Source of the DNA: Collinsella sp.
GTDB taxonomy: Bacteria > Actinomycetota > Coriobacteriia > Coriobacteriales > Coriobacteriaceae
Reading direction: 5' to 3'
NCBI GenBank assembly: GCA_048291725.1
Contig: DBEZXW010000076.1
Coordinates: 5,733-69,732 of the forward strand
DNA: 64,000 nucleotides
The notes beneath the pieces were generated by a model that saw only the letters and a program-made list of their open reading frames with translations, was not told the origin of the DNA and did no database searches. Shown here piece after piece: positions 8,140 through 17,589 of this stretch. Both the position numbers and the translations under genes were made by a program. Position 1 is the first letter of the stretch. Each line of letters begins with the position of its first letter.

Positions 8140-9594
8140 GTGGCAGAAACGTTTGATATCGCAATTGTCGGCGCGGGCATCACGGGATGCGCAATCGCGC
8201 GGCAGCTCGCGCGGTTTGAACTGTCCATTTGCGTGGTCGAGGCGGCCAACGACATCGCCCTGGGCGCGTCGAAGGCCAACGGCGGCCTGGTGCACGCCGG
8301 CTACGATCCGGCTCCGGGCACGGTCAAGGCGCAGGTCAACGCCCGCGGTTGCGAGCTGTATGGCACCTGGGCCCAGGAACTGGGCTTTTTGTTTTGCCGA
8401 ACCGGGTCGATGGTACTGGGCTTCAACGATGAAGACCGCGCGCACCTGGAGAAGCTGTACCAGAATGGCCTGGCCAACGGCGTACCCGAGCTGTCAATCG
8501 TCGGACCCGACCGCATCCACGAATTAGAGCCGCGCGCCAGTGCCGATGCAACGTGCGCGTTGTGGTGCCCCTCGACTGGGTTTGTCGATCCGTTTGAGGT
8601 CGCCATCGCCGCGCTGGAGAACGCCGTCGCCAACGGGGTGACGTTTATGCGGTCCGCGTCGGTGGAAGCGATTGAAGTCGCGGGCTCGGGCGACGACGCG
8701 CGCTTTACGCTGGCGACCCCCGCTGGCAACGTGCGCTGCCGCTACCTGATCAACGCCGCGGGCAACGGCGCCGCCGTCATCTCGCATATGGCGGGCGCCG
8801 AGGAGTTCCAGATGGTCTGGCGTCAGGGCAACATCGTGGTGCTGGACAAAGAGCCGCGCACGCTCATGCCGCTCTACCCCGTGCCGACGCCGGTGTCGAA
8901 GGGCGTTATCGTGACGGGCACCGTGCACGGCAACACCGTGATCACCGCAACCGCCGCTGTACGCGAGCCGGGCGACACGCAGACCTATGCGAGCGATGTG
9001 AACGCGCTGCTGACCGGTGCGCGCAAGCTGGTGCCCGATCTGGATACGCGCCGCGTGGTGCGCGCATTTGCCGGCGGGCGTCCGGTCATTCAGGGAACGA
9101 ACGACTTCTTTATTGGACAGTCGGCCGTGGTGCCGGGGCTTTTCCAGGCGGCGGGCATTCAGTCGCCGGGTGTGGCGAGCGCGCCGGCCATTGCCGAGCG
9201 TATGGAGCTTGTGATGCGTGAGGCGGGCGTGGAGCTGCACGAGCGGGCAGACTGGAACCCAATTCGCCGCGCGCCGGACGACTTTGACCGCGCACCGTTG
9301 GCGCGCAAGGAGGAGCTAATCGAGTCCGATTCCGCGTGGGGACAGATTGTCTGCCGCTGCGAGACGGTGCCCGAGGCCGAGATCGTGGCCGCGATCCGAC
9401 GCCAACCGGGCGCGGTTTCGGTCGAGGGCGTCAAGCGCCGCTGCCGTGCCGGCATGGGTCGGTGCCAGAGCGGTTTTTGCCAGAGCCGCGTGGTGGCGAT
9501 TCTTGCCCGAGAGCTGGACTGCGACCCCAGCGAGGTGCTGTTGGAGGATGCCGGATCTTGGTTGGTCGAGGGACCGCTAAAGGGGGTGCGTTAG
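8140..9594 (+). CDS. FAD-dependent oxidoreductase, anaerobic glycerol-3-phosphate dehydrogenase (GlpA)-like, with BFD-like [2Fe-2S] domain
   Basis: GTG start after GGGAGG. Contains the dinucleotide fold DIAIVGAGITGCAIA and the C-terminal CRCETV...CRAGMGRCQSGFC BFD-type motif. Confidence 0.8.
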   Translation: MAETFDIAIVGAGITGCAIARQLARFELSICVVEAANDIALGASKANGGLVHAGYDPAPGTVKAQVNARGCELYGTWAQELGFLFCRTGSMVLGFNDEDRAHLEKLYQNGLANGVPELSIVGPDRIHELEPRASADATCALWCPSTGFVDPFEVAIAALENAVANGVTFMRSASVEAIEVAGSGDDARFTLATPAGNVRCRYLINAAGNGAAVISHMAGAEEFQMVWRQGNIVVLDKEPRTLMPLYPVPTPVSKGVIVTGTVHGNTVITATAAVREPGDTQTYASDVNALLTGARKLVPDLDTRRVVRAFAGGRPVIQGTNDFFIGQSAVVPGLFQAAGIQSPGVASAPAIAERMELVMREAGVELHERADWNPIRRAPDDFDRAPLARKEELIESDSAWGQIVCRCETVPEAEIVAAIRRQPGAVSVEGVKRRCRAGMGRCQSGFCQSRVVAILARELDCDPSEVLLEDAGSWLVEGPLKGVR

Positions 9595-9595
9595 G

Positions 9596-10975
9596 ATGGC
9601 GGAATTCAAATCGAGCGCTATTGATTGCGGCGTCGTAGAAGCCGTACAAACGCAAGCTTTCGACGTGGTCGTTATCGGCGGCGGACCTGCCGGCATGGCG
9701 GCCGCGCTGGCCGCGCACAAAGCCGGAGCGTGCGTGGCCATCGTGGAGCGCGAGCGGCATCTGGGAGGAATCCTCCGTCAGTGCATTCACCCGGGTTTTG
9801 GCCTGTCGCACTTTAAGCAGGAACTCACCGGTCCCGAGTACGCACAGCGCTTTATCGAGCAGGTGTGCGAGACCGACATCGTGCTGTTCTTGGACAGCAT
9901 GGTGCTTGGGATCGATTCGGGCGAGGACACGGGCGCAGGCGATCCGAGCACGGGCGAGGCCGCGGGAGCCGCCGCGGTCCATACCGTCACGCTCATGAGC
10001 CCCGCCGGCATGCTGCAGCTCACCGGATGCGCGGTCGTCCTTGCCATGGGTTGCCGTGAGCGAACCCGCAGCGAGATCAAAATCCCCGGCAGCCGACCCG
10101 CCGGCGTGTTTACGGCGGGCCTGGCGCAGCGATACATCAATATCGAGAACCTCAAGCCCGGCTCGCACGCCGTCATTTTGGGCTCGGGCGACATCGGGCT
10201 GATCATGGCACGTCGCTGCACGCTCGAGGGGATTTCGGTCGAGGGCGTGTACGATCTCATGCCGTACGCCAACGGTCTGCTCCGCAACGTCAAGAACTGC
10301 CTGGAGGACTTTGGAATTCCGCTGCACCTGTCCACCACCGTGACGCGTGTAATCGGGCACGATCGCGTGGAAGCCGTCGAGGTGAGTCAGGTCGACGAGC
10401 GCCTGGCGCCCATTCCGGGGACCGAGCGCGTTGTTCCGTGTGACACACTGCTGCTTTCGGTGGGCTTGATTCCCGAAAACGAGCTTTCGGTTGCCGCGGG
10501 CGTAGAGCTTGACCCGCGCACGCGCGGCGCCGTGGTGGATCAGAGCCTGCAGACGGGCGTGCCGGGCATCTTTGCCTGCGGCAACGTGCTGCACGTGCAC
10601 GACCTGGCCGACAATGTAACGACCGAGTCCAAGAGGGCTGGCGCAGCTGCAGCGGCGTACGCGCTGGGGACCGACGCGGGCACCGTTCCGAACTGCGAGC
10701 TCACCGTCTCCCCTGCCGGCATCGCGGGCTACGCGCTGCCGGGACGCATTACAGCTGTGGCGCTCACCAAGCTCAACTTCCGCGTGCGCCGGCCGGTCGA
10801 TGCCGCCCGCGTGAGGATCTTGGCCGACGGCGAGGAACTGTTCGCCGGCAAGGTCCGTGCGTTTAAGCCGAGCGTAATGGAGAGTTTCCCGCTACCGGCA
10901 AAGGTGATTCAACGTGCACTCGACCTGGGTACCAGCGAGATTGTCCTGTCCGTTGACCCTGTTGAGGGGGCGTAA
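9596..10975 (+). CDS. Pyridine nucleotide-disulfide family FAD/NAD(P) oxidoreductase (partner of the GlpA-like protein)
   Basis: DVVVIGGGPAGMAAA and a second Rossmann motif AVILGSGDIGLIMA. Tightly coupled to the upstream gene. Confidence 0.8.
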   Translation: MAEFKSSAIDCGVVEAVQTQAFDVVVIGGGPAGMAAALAAHKAGACVAIVERERHLGGILRQCIHPGFGLSHFKQELTGPEYAQRFIEQVCETDIVLFLDSMVLGIDSGEDTGAGDPSTGEAAGAAAVHTVTLMSPAGMLQLTGCAVVLAMGCRERTRSEIKIPGSRPAGVFTAGLAQRYINIENLKPGSHAVILGSGDIGLIMARRCTLEGISVEGVYDLMPYANGLLRNVKNCLEDFGIPLHLSTTVTRVIGHDRVEAVEVSQVDERLAPIPGTERVVPCDTLLLSVGLIPENELSVAAGVELDPRTRGAVVDQSLQTGVPGIFACGNVLHVHDLADNVTTESKRAGAAAAAYALGTDAGTVPNCELTVSPAGIAGYALPGRITAVALTKLNFRVRRPVDAARVRILADGEELFAGKVRAFKPSVMESFPLPAKVIQRALDLGTSEIVLSVDPVEGA

Positions 10976-10979
10976 AGCC

Positions 10980-11378
10980 ATGAGCACAAACGCAATCGAG
11001 ACGCTGAAGTTCAACTGCACCACTTGCCCATCCGAGTGCCTTCTGACCGTAGAGGTAGAGCGTGACGCAGACGGCGTCGTGGTAGAAGTGCGCTCCGTGA
11101 CCGGCAACAGATGCCCGCGTGGTGATAAGTTCGCACATCAGGAGCTCACCTGCCCCATGCGCGTACTCACCACCACCGTGGCCGTATCCGGAGGCGACGA
11201 GGCGCTGCTGCCCGTGCGCACATCCGAAGCCATCCCGCTAGAGCTCCACGCCCAAGCCATGGCCCTCATCCGAGGCCTAGTCGTCAACGCCCCCATCCGC
11301 ATGGGCGACATCGTGCTGGAAGACCTCCTCGGCACCAGCATCAACCTCATCGCCAGCATGGACATCAACCGAGCCTAA
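10980..11378 (+). CDS. DUF1667 domain protein (third member of the oxidoreductase trio)
   Basis: Start at the ATG at 10980 (MSTNAIETL). CTTCPSEC ... GNRCPRGDKFAHQE matches my memory of the DUF1667 pattern. Confidence 0.7.
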   Translation: MSTNAIETLKFNCTTCPSECLLTVEVERDADGVVVEVRSVTGNRCPRGDKFAHQELTCPMRVLTTTVAVSGGDEALLPVRTSEAIPLELHAQAMALIRGLVVNAPIRMGDIVLEDLLGTSINLIASMDINRA

Positions 11379-11438
11379 GTAGCTCATTTGGGACGGGGCT
11401 CTTATAGCTACCCCGCCATCCACCCTACCCTCCTCCGC

Positions 11439-11505
11439 AGTTGCGGTGAAATACGGACTGTTTTATGGCTTCAGGCCGCTAAACAGTCCGTATTTCACCG
11501 CAACT
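11439..11505. repeat. REP-like palindromic element, subfamily 1, copy A
   Basis: AGTTGCGGTGAAATACGGACTGTTT (11439-11463) and its exact reverse complement (11481-11505); 17-nt loop. Confidence 0.9.
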
Positions 11506-11618
11506 GAAGAGGGCGCGCATGGGATGCAAAGGAGTGTCCCAAAGTGCCGGCATAAAAGGAACGTCCCTATCTGCCGAGCTTGGGATACCATGGTGGCAGC
11601 CTAGCGAAAGGATGTTTC

Positions 11619-12707
11619 ATGGCGCATGTTGATGACCAGCGTGTGGAGCGCGTGCTCGATGCACTCGAGGCTCAGCACCCCGGTGCGCAGCTGCTCGTAA
11701 ACGACCCGTGGTCGATTTATTACCTGACCGGCTTTTATGCCGATATGTTCGAGCGTTTTTGCGGCGTGCTGCTCACGCGCGGTAACGAGCCCGTGATCTT
11801 GGTCAACGCCCTGCATCAGCTGCCCGAGTACGACAATGCCCGCGTCGCCTACCACACCGATACCGACGTCGTGGCCGACGCCATCGCGAGTGAGATCGAT
11901 CCGACCAAGCCGCTCGGCATCGATACCGTCATGCGCTCCGGCTTTTTGATGCCGCTCATGGAGCGCCACGCCGCCAGCGAGTTTTTCCTGGGCGACTTTG
12001 CCGTCACCGCCGCACGCACCCACAAGGATGCCGCCGAGCAGGAGCTTATGCGCGTTTCCTCGGCAGCCAACGACGCCGTGATGGCCGACGCCATCAAGCT
12101 CGTTCACGAGGGCGTGACGGAGCGCGAGATTGCCGACCAGATGCTCGGCCTGTATCGCAAGCACGGCTGCGAGGGCTTTAGCTTTCCGCCGATCGTGAGC
12201 TTTGGCGTCAACGCCGGCGACCCGCACCACGAACCCGACGGCACCGTGCTCAAGCGCGGCGACGTGGTACTGTTCGACATTGGTGGACGTCACCGCAACT
12301 ACTGCTCGGACATGACGCGCACGTTCTTTTGGGGCGAGCCGGACGAGAAGGCGGCACACATCTACGACATCGTGCGCCGTGCCAACGAGGCCGCCGAGGC
12401 GCTCATCGAACCGGGCGTTCGCATGTGCGACCTGGACCGCGCCGCGCGCGACGTGATTGAGGATGCTGGCTACGGTAAGTACTTTACGCACCGCCTGGGT
12501 CACTCGATCGGCCTGCAGGATCACGAGCCTGGCGACGTCTCGCTCGTCAATGAGCAGGTTGTCGAACCGGGCATGACCTTCTCCATCGAGCCGGGCATCT
12601 ACCTCCCCGGCCGCACCGGCGTCCGCATCGAGGACCTGGCCCTGGTGACCGAGACCGGCGTCGAGATTCTCAACGCCTACCCCCATGATCCGCTCCGCCT
12701 AGACTAG
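11619..12707 (+). CDS. M24-family Xaa-Pro peptidase (aminopeptidase P / prolidase type)
   Basis: Metal ligand pattern DIGGRHRNYCSDMTRT ... HRLGHSIG ... EPG ... IED is typical of M24B. Start at the ATG at 11619 after GAAAGGA. Confidence 0.85.
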   Translation: MAHVDDQRVERVLDALEAQHPGAQLLVNDPWSIYYLTGFYADMFERFCGVLLTRGNEPVILVNALHQLPEYDNARVAYHTDTDVVADAIASEIDPTKPLGIDTVMRSGFLMPLMERHAASEFFLGDFAVTAARTHKDAAEQELMRVSSAANDAVMADAIKLVHEGVTEREIADQMLGLYRKHGCEGFSFPPIVSFGVNAGDPHHEPDGTVLKRGDVVLFDIGGRHRNYCSDMTRTFFWGEPDEKAAHIYDIVRRANEAAEALIEPGVRMCDLDRAARDVIEDAGYGKYFTHRLGHSIGLQDHEPGDVSLVNEQVVEPGMTFSIEPGIYLPGRTGVRIEDLALVTETGVEILNAYPHDPLRLD

Positions 12708-12710
12708 GCA

Positions 12711-12741
12711 ATGCGGCAAAGGGACAACCCCTTTGCCGCAT
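12711..12741 (+). terminator. Strong GC hairpin immediately after the peptidase stop (no U-tract)
   Basis: ATGCGGCAAAGGG / CCCTTTGCCGCAT, about 13 bp, with a 4-5 nt loop. Confidence 0.55.
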
Positions 12742-12766
12742 CCTGCCAAGGCTTCGCCACAAAAAC

Positions 12767-12904
12767 GGCCTATCTACTACGTTTAACCCGCACGGGTCGA
12801 CCATAACCGACTTTTCGCAAAATCCGCAAGCCATCTACCTGCGGTTTTAATTTCGCAATGTTCCGTGTGGTCGAGAGTAACCGGTCAAACGTAGTAGATG
12901 GGCC
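12767..12904. repeat. Long-range inverted repeat enclosing internally repetitive ~90 nt
   Basis: GGCCTATCTACTACGTTTAACC (12767-12788) against GGTCAAACGTAGTAGATGGGCC (12883-12904), 20 of 22 complementary. Inside are direct repeats GGTCGAnnnTAACCG and a CCGCA/TGCGG hairpin. Confidence 0.6.
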
Positions 12905-12976
12905 CATTTCGTGGCAAACGAGTCAGCTCGGGGCACAGGGCAGCCAAAAAGCCCCATCCCAAATTAGCTGCTTTTG

Positions 12977-13043
12977 AGTTGCGGTGATATACGGACTGTT
13001 TGAGGCTTCTGGCTTGTAAAACAGTCCGTATTTCACCGCAACT
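12977..13043. repeat. REP-like palindromic element, subfamily 1, copy B
   Basis: AGTTGCGGTGATATACGGACTGTTT (12977-13001) against AAAACAGTCCGTATTTCACCGCAACT (13018-13043). One arm mismatch (GATAT vs GAAAT), the same mismatch as in copy C. Confidence 0.9.
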
Positions 13044-13057
13044 GATGAGGGGATGAG

Positions 13058-14401
13058 TTAACGCAGCAGGCCGGCTACTTCGCCGGCTAGGGTGATGGTG
13101 CCAGCTGCTACGAAGGGCTCGCCCGCGGCCTTGAAAGCCGCGAGGGCCTCGGGCACGCTCTGGTATACGCCCGCGAGCTTATCGGCGTCCACCAGGGCGG
13201 CGAGCTCCTCTGCCGGCAGGGCGCGATCGGAATCGGTCTGGGTTACGACCACACGCGGGAAGGCCGGAATCAGAACATCGACAATACCGGCCACATCCTT
13301 GTCGGCCAGTGCGGCGCACAGCAGCGTGGGGCGATTCTCGACGCACGGATCTATCTCGTCCAGCGCGCTCACAAAGTTCTCGCAGCTCTGGGGGTTATGG
13401 CAGGCGTCGATCAGCTTGAGCGGTTCAGTTCCCAGTACATCAAATCGGCCCGGCGTGGGGCAGCCCATAAGCGAAGCATCCAGTGCCTCGTGGTCGAGCT
13501 CGCGGCCCAGATACCCCTCGCAAAGCATAATCGCGCACGCGGCATTCTGCGGCTGATAGGCCGGCTTGACCATGCTCGACGTATAGATCGCACGCGGCGT
13601 GGTGCAGCTAAACTCAACCGTGTCGCCCACATGCGCCGGCACCTTAGTCGTAGCGTGACTTACCACGAGCGGCACGATGCCGCACTCGCGGCAGCGGGCA
13701 TCCATCACGCGCTGAACGCTCGCCTCGTGCGTGCCCTCGCCCAAAACAACCAAGCGCCCGGGTTTGATAACCGCAGCCTTCTCCCCCGCAATGGCCTCGA
13801 GCGTGTCGCCCAAAATACGTGTGTGATCGAGCCCGATGCCCGTAATGGCAACGGCGACGGGATCGGTCGCACTCGTGGCGTCCCAACGCCCGCCCATGCC
13901 AACCTCGAGCACGGCAACATCCACCGCGGCCTCGGCAAACACTACAAGTGCGGCAGCCGTCAGCAGGTCAAACGGCGTGATGGAATAGGCACGCTCCCCC
14001 GCCGTCACACGACGGGCATTGACTCGACGCCCCGCCTCAACAGCGGCAGAAACACCACGGGCAAAGGCCTCGTCGCTCACAACGCGCCCGTCAACCTCCA
14101 TGCGCTCGGGATAACGCACCAGCTGCGGCGACGTATACAGCGCGGTCTTGAGCCCCTCGCCGCGAAGGATAGCAGCCGAAAAACGCGTGGTCGAAGTCTT
14201 GCCATTGGTACCGGCAACCTGGATGCAATCGAAATACTCGTCCGGACGTCCCAGCTCATCGAGCATATCGACAACCGTCTCAAGCAGAGGCCCAGCATCC
14301 CCAGAAATCCGCCCCGTATCAGCAGCAAGCCCCACAGCCTCATCAAACGAAAGCAGCTCAAACGAGAAAGGAACGACATACGACCCAAAACGCTTAGCCA
14401 T
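13058..14401 (-). CDS. folC: Folylpolyglutamate synthase / dihydrofolate synthase
   Basis: P-loop VAGTNGKTSTT and Mur-ligase-family architecture. Start chosen at the ATG at 14401 (MAKRFGSY). Confidence 0.85.
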   Translation of the reverse strand: MAKRFGSYVVPFSFELLSFDEAVGLAADTGRISGDAGPLLETVVDMLDELGRPDEYFDCIQVAGTNGKTSTTRFSAAILRGEGLKTALYTSPQLVRYPERMEVDGRVVSDEAFARGVSAAVEAGRRVNARRVTAGERAYSITPFDLLTAAALVVFAEAAVDVAVLEVGMGGRWDATSATDPVAVAITGIGLDHTRILGDTLEAIAGEKAAVIKPGRLVVLGEGTHEASVQRVMDARCRECGIVPLVVSHATTKVPAHVGDTVEFSCTTPRAIYTSSMVKPAYQPQNAACAIMLCEGYLGRELDHEALDASLMGCPTPGRFDVLGTEPLKLIDACHNPQSCENFVSALDEIDPCVENRPTLLCAALADKDVAGIVDVLIPAFPRVVVTQTDSDRALPAEELAALVDADKLAGVYQSVPEALAAFKAAGEPFVAAGTITLAGEVAGLLR

Positions 14402-14561
14402 AACCCAAAGTCCCCCATAACAGAAAAAGAGGCTCATCAAAAAGAATGAGCCCCTCGCGTTAACAATTTCAGCCTTTACCCGATTGCAGCAAGATCAAGG
14501 CCACAACCCAGTGGCCCCAACCTCCCAGTTGCAAACAACCACGTAAACGAACTAGGAGCGG

Positions 14562-14662
14562 CCCGACGCTTTGCTCGATACAAGTTCCGCACGCAAAGGA
14601 CAGCACTTAATGTGCTGTCCGTCTTGCGCAGGACTGTCCGCAGAAGCGAGCAAAGCGTCGGG
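14562..14662. repeat. Nested palindrome between valS and folC
   Basis: Outer perfect 16-bp arms CCCGACGCTTTGCTCG (14562-14577) and CGAGCAAAGCGTCGGG (14647-14662). Inner hairpin GGACAGCAC-TTAA-TGTGCTGTCC (14598-14620). Confidence 0.7.
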
Positions 14663-14681
14663 ACGCGCCCCTCAGTAAGAA

Positions 14682-17378
14682 CTACGAGAAGTCAGCAACC
14701 TGAGCAGTCAGCGCCGCCAGGATCTCCTTGAGCTCAGCTGCACGGTCCCTCTTCTTCTGGACCACCACAGGCGCGGCCTTAGCCACAAAGCCCTCGTTGG
14801 CAAGCGTCTTCTCGCAGCCGGCGAGTTCCTTCTGCGCCGCAGCGATCTCCTTCTCCAGGCGAGCCTTCTCGGCCGAAAGGTCAACCTTGCCCTCGAGCAC
14901 CACAAAGACCTCGACGCCGCTGTCGACCACGGCGATGCTCGCGGCCGGCTTCTCAACATCGGTACCCATGGCCAGCGAGGCAGTGTTAGCCAGCGGCTCG
15001 ATGGTCGAGCGCAGGCTCTCGAGCTTCTCGATGTCCTCGGCACCGGCACGCACGACCACGTCGAGCTCGGCCTTGGGGCTCAAGCGATAACGCGAACGCG
15101 TGGCGCGGGCGGCGGAAACGACGGTGCGGCACAGCTCAAACGCGCGCTCGGCGTCCTCGTCAACATACTTGGCGTAGTCGGCGGGCTCCGGCCACTTGGC
15201 GATCATGAGCGCCTCGGCGCGGTTCAGGTTGCCCTCGGCGTCCAGATCGAGCACACTCGCCGGCATGTTGTCCCAGATCTCCTCGGTGACAAACGGCATA
15301 AGCGGGTGCATCAGGCGAATGGAGGTGTCGAGCACAAAGATCAGGTTGCGCTGCGCCTGCAGACGGCCCTCGCCCTTCAGGCGGGCCTTGGTGACCTCGA
15401 CGTACCAGTCGCAGACCTCGTTCCAGAAGAACTGCTGCACGCCGCGGGCCATGTCGCCAAAGGTGTAGTTCTCGATGCCCTCGGTGACCATCTTCACGGC
15501 CTTGGCCAGGCGGCTGAACATCCAAGCGTCGGCCGGCGTCTCCACGACGGGCTCGCCGGGCGTGTAGCCCTCCATGTTCATAAGCAGGAAGCGGCTGGCG
15601 TTCCAGATCTTGGTCACAAACGACTTAGCCTGGTCGGTACGCGGGCTGTCGATGAGCTTCTTGGTCTTCTTATCGATGTTCGCGTCAAACTTGACGTCCT
15701 GGTTGTTGGTGCACAGCGTGAGCAGGTTGTAACGCATGGCGTCGGCACCGTACATGCCAATGAGGTCCATGGGGTCAACGCCATTGCCCTTGGACTTGGA
15801 CATGCGGCTGCCGTCCTTGGCCAGGATCGTCGGGTAGATGACGACGTCCTTAAACGGCACCTCGTCCAGAAAGTACAGCGAGCTCATGACCATGCGGGCG
15901 ACCCACAGCGCGATGATGTCGCGCGCGGTGACGAGCGCCGTCGTGGGATGATGGCCCTCGAGCAGCTCCAGCTTTTGCGGCCAGCCCTGCGTGGCGAAGG
16001 TCCACAGCTGCGAGCTGAACCAGGTGTCCAGCACGTTCTCGTCCTGATGCACGTGATGGCCGCCGCACTTGGGGCACACATCGGTGTCCTCGGTAAGAGC
16101 GTCCTCCCAGCCGCAGTCCTCGCAGTAGAACACGGGGATGCGGTGGCCCCACCACAGCTGGCGGCTGATGCACCAGTCCTTAAGGTTTTCCATCCAGGTG
16201 GTGTAGGTCTGCGTCCAGCGCGCGGGGTGGAAGGTGACCTTGCCGGAGTTGACGGCGTCAAGCGCCGGCCCCTTGAGTTTGTCGACGGCCACGAACCACT
16301 GCTCGGACAGCCACGGCTCAAGCGCGGCGTCACAGCGGTAGCAGTGCATGACGGAGTGGTCGTGGTCCTCGACGTGATCGAGCAGGTCATGCTCCTCGAA
16401 CCACTTGATGACGGCCTCGCGGCACTCCTCGCGAGTCATGCCGGTAAACTCGCCATAACCCTCGACGACCACCGCGTGCTCGTCGAAGATGTTGATTTGC
16501 GGCAGGTCGTGGGCCTGACCCATAGCGTAATCGTTGGGGTCGTGGGCTGGGGTAACCTTAACAAAGCCGGAGCCAAAGTTGGCGTCGACATGCCAATCCT
16601 CAAAGATGGGGATCTCGCGGTCGACGATGGGGAGCTTGACGGTCTTACCCACGAAGGCGGCCTTCTCGGGGTCCTTCGGGGAGACGGCGACGCCCGTGTC
16701 GCCGAGCATGGTCTCGGGGCGCGTGGTGGCGACGACGATGTAGTCCTGGCCGTTGACCGGTTCGGTCAGCGGGTAGCGCAGGTGCCACAGGTGGCCCTTC
16801 TCGTCCTTATACTCGGCCTCGTCGTCCGAGATGGCGGTGGTACAGTTGGGGCACCAGTTAACGATGCGCTTGCCGCGATAGATCAGGCCGTCATGATACC
16901 AATCACAGAAGACCTTGCGTACGGCCTGCGCGTAGTCCTCGTCCATGGTAAAGCGCTCGTTGTCGAAGTCGACGGAGCAGCCCATACGCTTGATCTGCTC
17001 GACGATGATGCCGCCGTACTCGTGGGTCCAGTCCCAGCAGGCGTCGACAAACTTATCGCGACCGATCTCCAGGCGGCTGATGCCCTCGCTCTTGAGCTTC
17101 TTGTCGACCTTGGTCTGCGTGGCGATACCGGCATGATCGGTGCCGAGCACCCAACGCGTGGACTTGCCGCGCATGCGGGCCATACGGATGATGGCGTCCT
17201 GGATGGAGTCGTCGGTGGCGTGGCCCATGTGGAGCTTGCCGGTCACGTTGGGAGGCGGAATGGTGACGGTGCAGTCGCCCACGCCCTCGCGGCGCTTGTA
17301 GTAGCCGCCGTCGAGCCACTTCTGCAGGATCGCCGGCTCGTTGGTCGACGGATCGTAGTTCTTGGGCATCTCTTCCAT
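14682..17378 (-). CDS. valS: Valine--tRNA ligase
   Basis: 898 aa. HIGH-type motif (PPPNVTGKLHMGH), KMSKS (RMSKSKGN) and the C-terminal coiled coil are typical of ValRS. Confidence 0.95.
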   Translation of the reverse strand: MEEMPKNYDPSTNEPAILQKWLDGGYYKRREGVGDCTVTIPPPNVTGKLHMGHATDDSIQDAIIRMARMRGKSTRWVLGTDHAGIATQTKVDKKLKSEGISRLEIGRDKFVDACWDWTHEYGGIIVEQIKRMGCSVDFDNERFTMDEDYAQAVRKVFCDWYHDGLIYRGKRIVNWCPNCTTAISDDEAEYKDEKGHLWHLRYPLTEPVNGQDYIVVATTRPETMLGDTGVAVSPKDPEKAAFVGKTVKLPIVDREIPIFEDWHVDANFGSGFVKVTPAHDPNDYAMGQAHDLPQINIFDEHAVVVEGYGEFTGMTREECREAVIKWFEEHDLLDHVEDHDHSVMHCYRCDAALEPWLSEQWFVAVDKLKGPALDAVNSGKVTFHPARWTQTYTTWMENLKDWCISRQLWWGHRIPVFYCEDCGWEDALTEDTDVCPKCGGHHVHQDENVLDTWFSSQLWTFATQGWPQKLELLEGHHPTTALVTARDIIALWVARMVMSSLYFLDEVPFKDVVIYPTILAKDGSRMSKSKGNGVDPMDLIGMYGADAMRYNLLTLCTNNQDVKFDANIDKKTKKLIDSPRTDQAKSFVTKIWNASRFLLMNMEGYTPGEPVVETPADAWMFSRLAKAVKMVTEGIENYTFGDMARGVQQFFWNEVCDWYVEVTKARLKGEGRLQAQRNLIFVLDTSIRLMHPLMPFVTEEIWDNMPASVLDLDAEGNLNRAEALMIAKWPEPADYAKYVDEDAERAFELCRTVVSAARATRSRYRLSPKAELDVVVRAGAEDIEKLESLRSTIEPLANTASLAMGTDVEKPAASIAVVDSGVEVFVVLEGKVDLSAEKARLEKEIAAAQKELAGCEKTLANEGFVAKAAPVVVQKKRDRAAELKEILAALTAQVADFS

Positions 17379-17531
17379 ATATCTCTCCCTGTCCCGCCGG
17401 GGAGGAATGTAGGCCCGCCAGGGTCTGCATTCCTCCCCTTAGGTATCGATTACTTCAGTCTGATATGACTTCGCTGAGGCTTAAACAAACAAACAGAATA
17501 ACACAGGTAGTTGGGGTTATTGCGTATATAT

Positions 17532-17568
17532 AAAATAGCCTCCGACCGCGGGTGGTCGGAGGCTATTT
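17532..17568 (-). terminator. Rho-independent terminator of clpX
   Basis: Minus strand reads AAATAGCCTCCGACC-ACCCGC-GGTCGGAGGCTATTTTATATATA. Confidence 0.8.
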
Positions 17569-17589
17569 GCAACCACGTTTTTGGCTAGT

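Noticed and set aside
11439-11505. REP-like palindromes as integron attC sites.
   Set aside because: There is no RYYYAAC / GTTRRRY core pair in the required order, no extrahelical-base asymmetry typical of attC, no intI gene, and the neighbouring genes are housekeeping.
17379-17470. T-box riboswitch in the valS leader (hairpin GGGGAGGAATG...CATTCCTCCCC just before the SD).
   Set aside because: I could not find the conserved T-box sequence (AGGGTGGTACCGCG-like) or a specifier-loop arrangement with a GUN codon. The UGGC in the loop would not match a tRNA-Val ACCA end. It is left as an unexplained leader hairpin.
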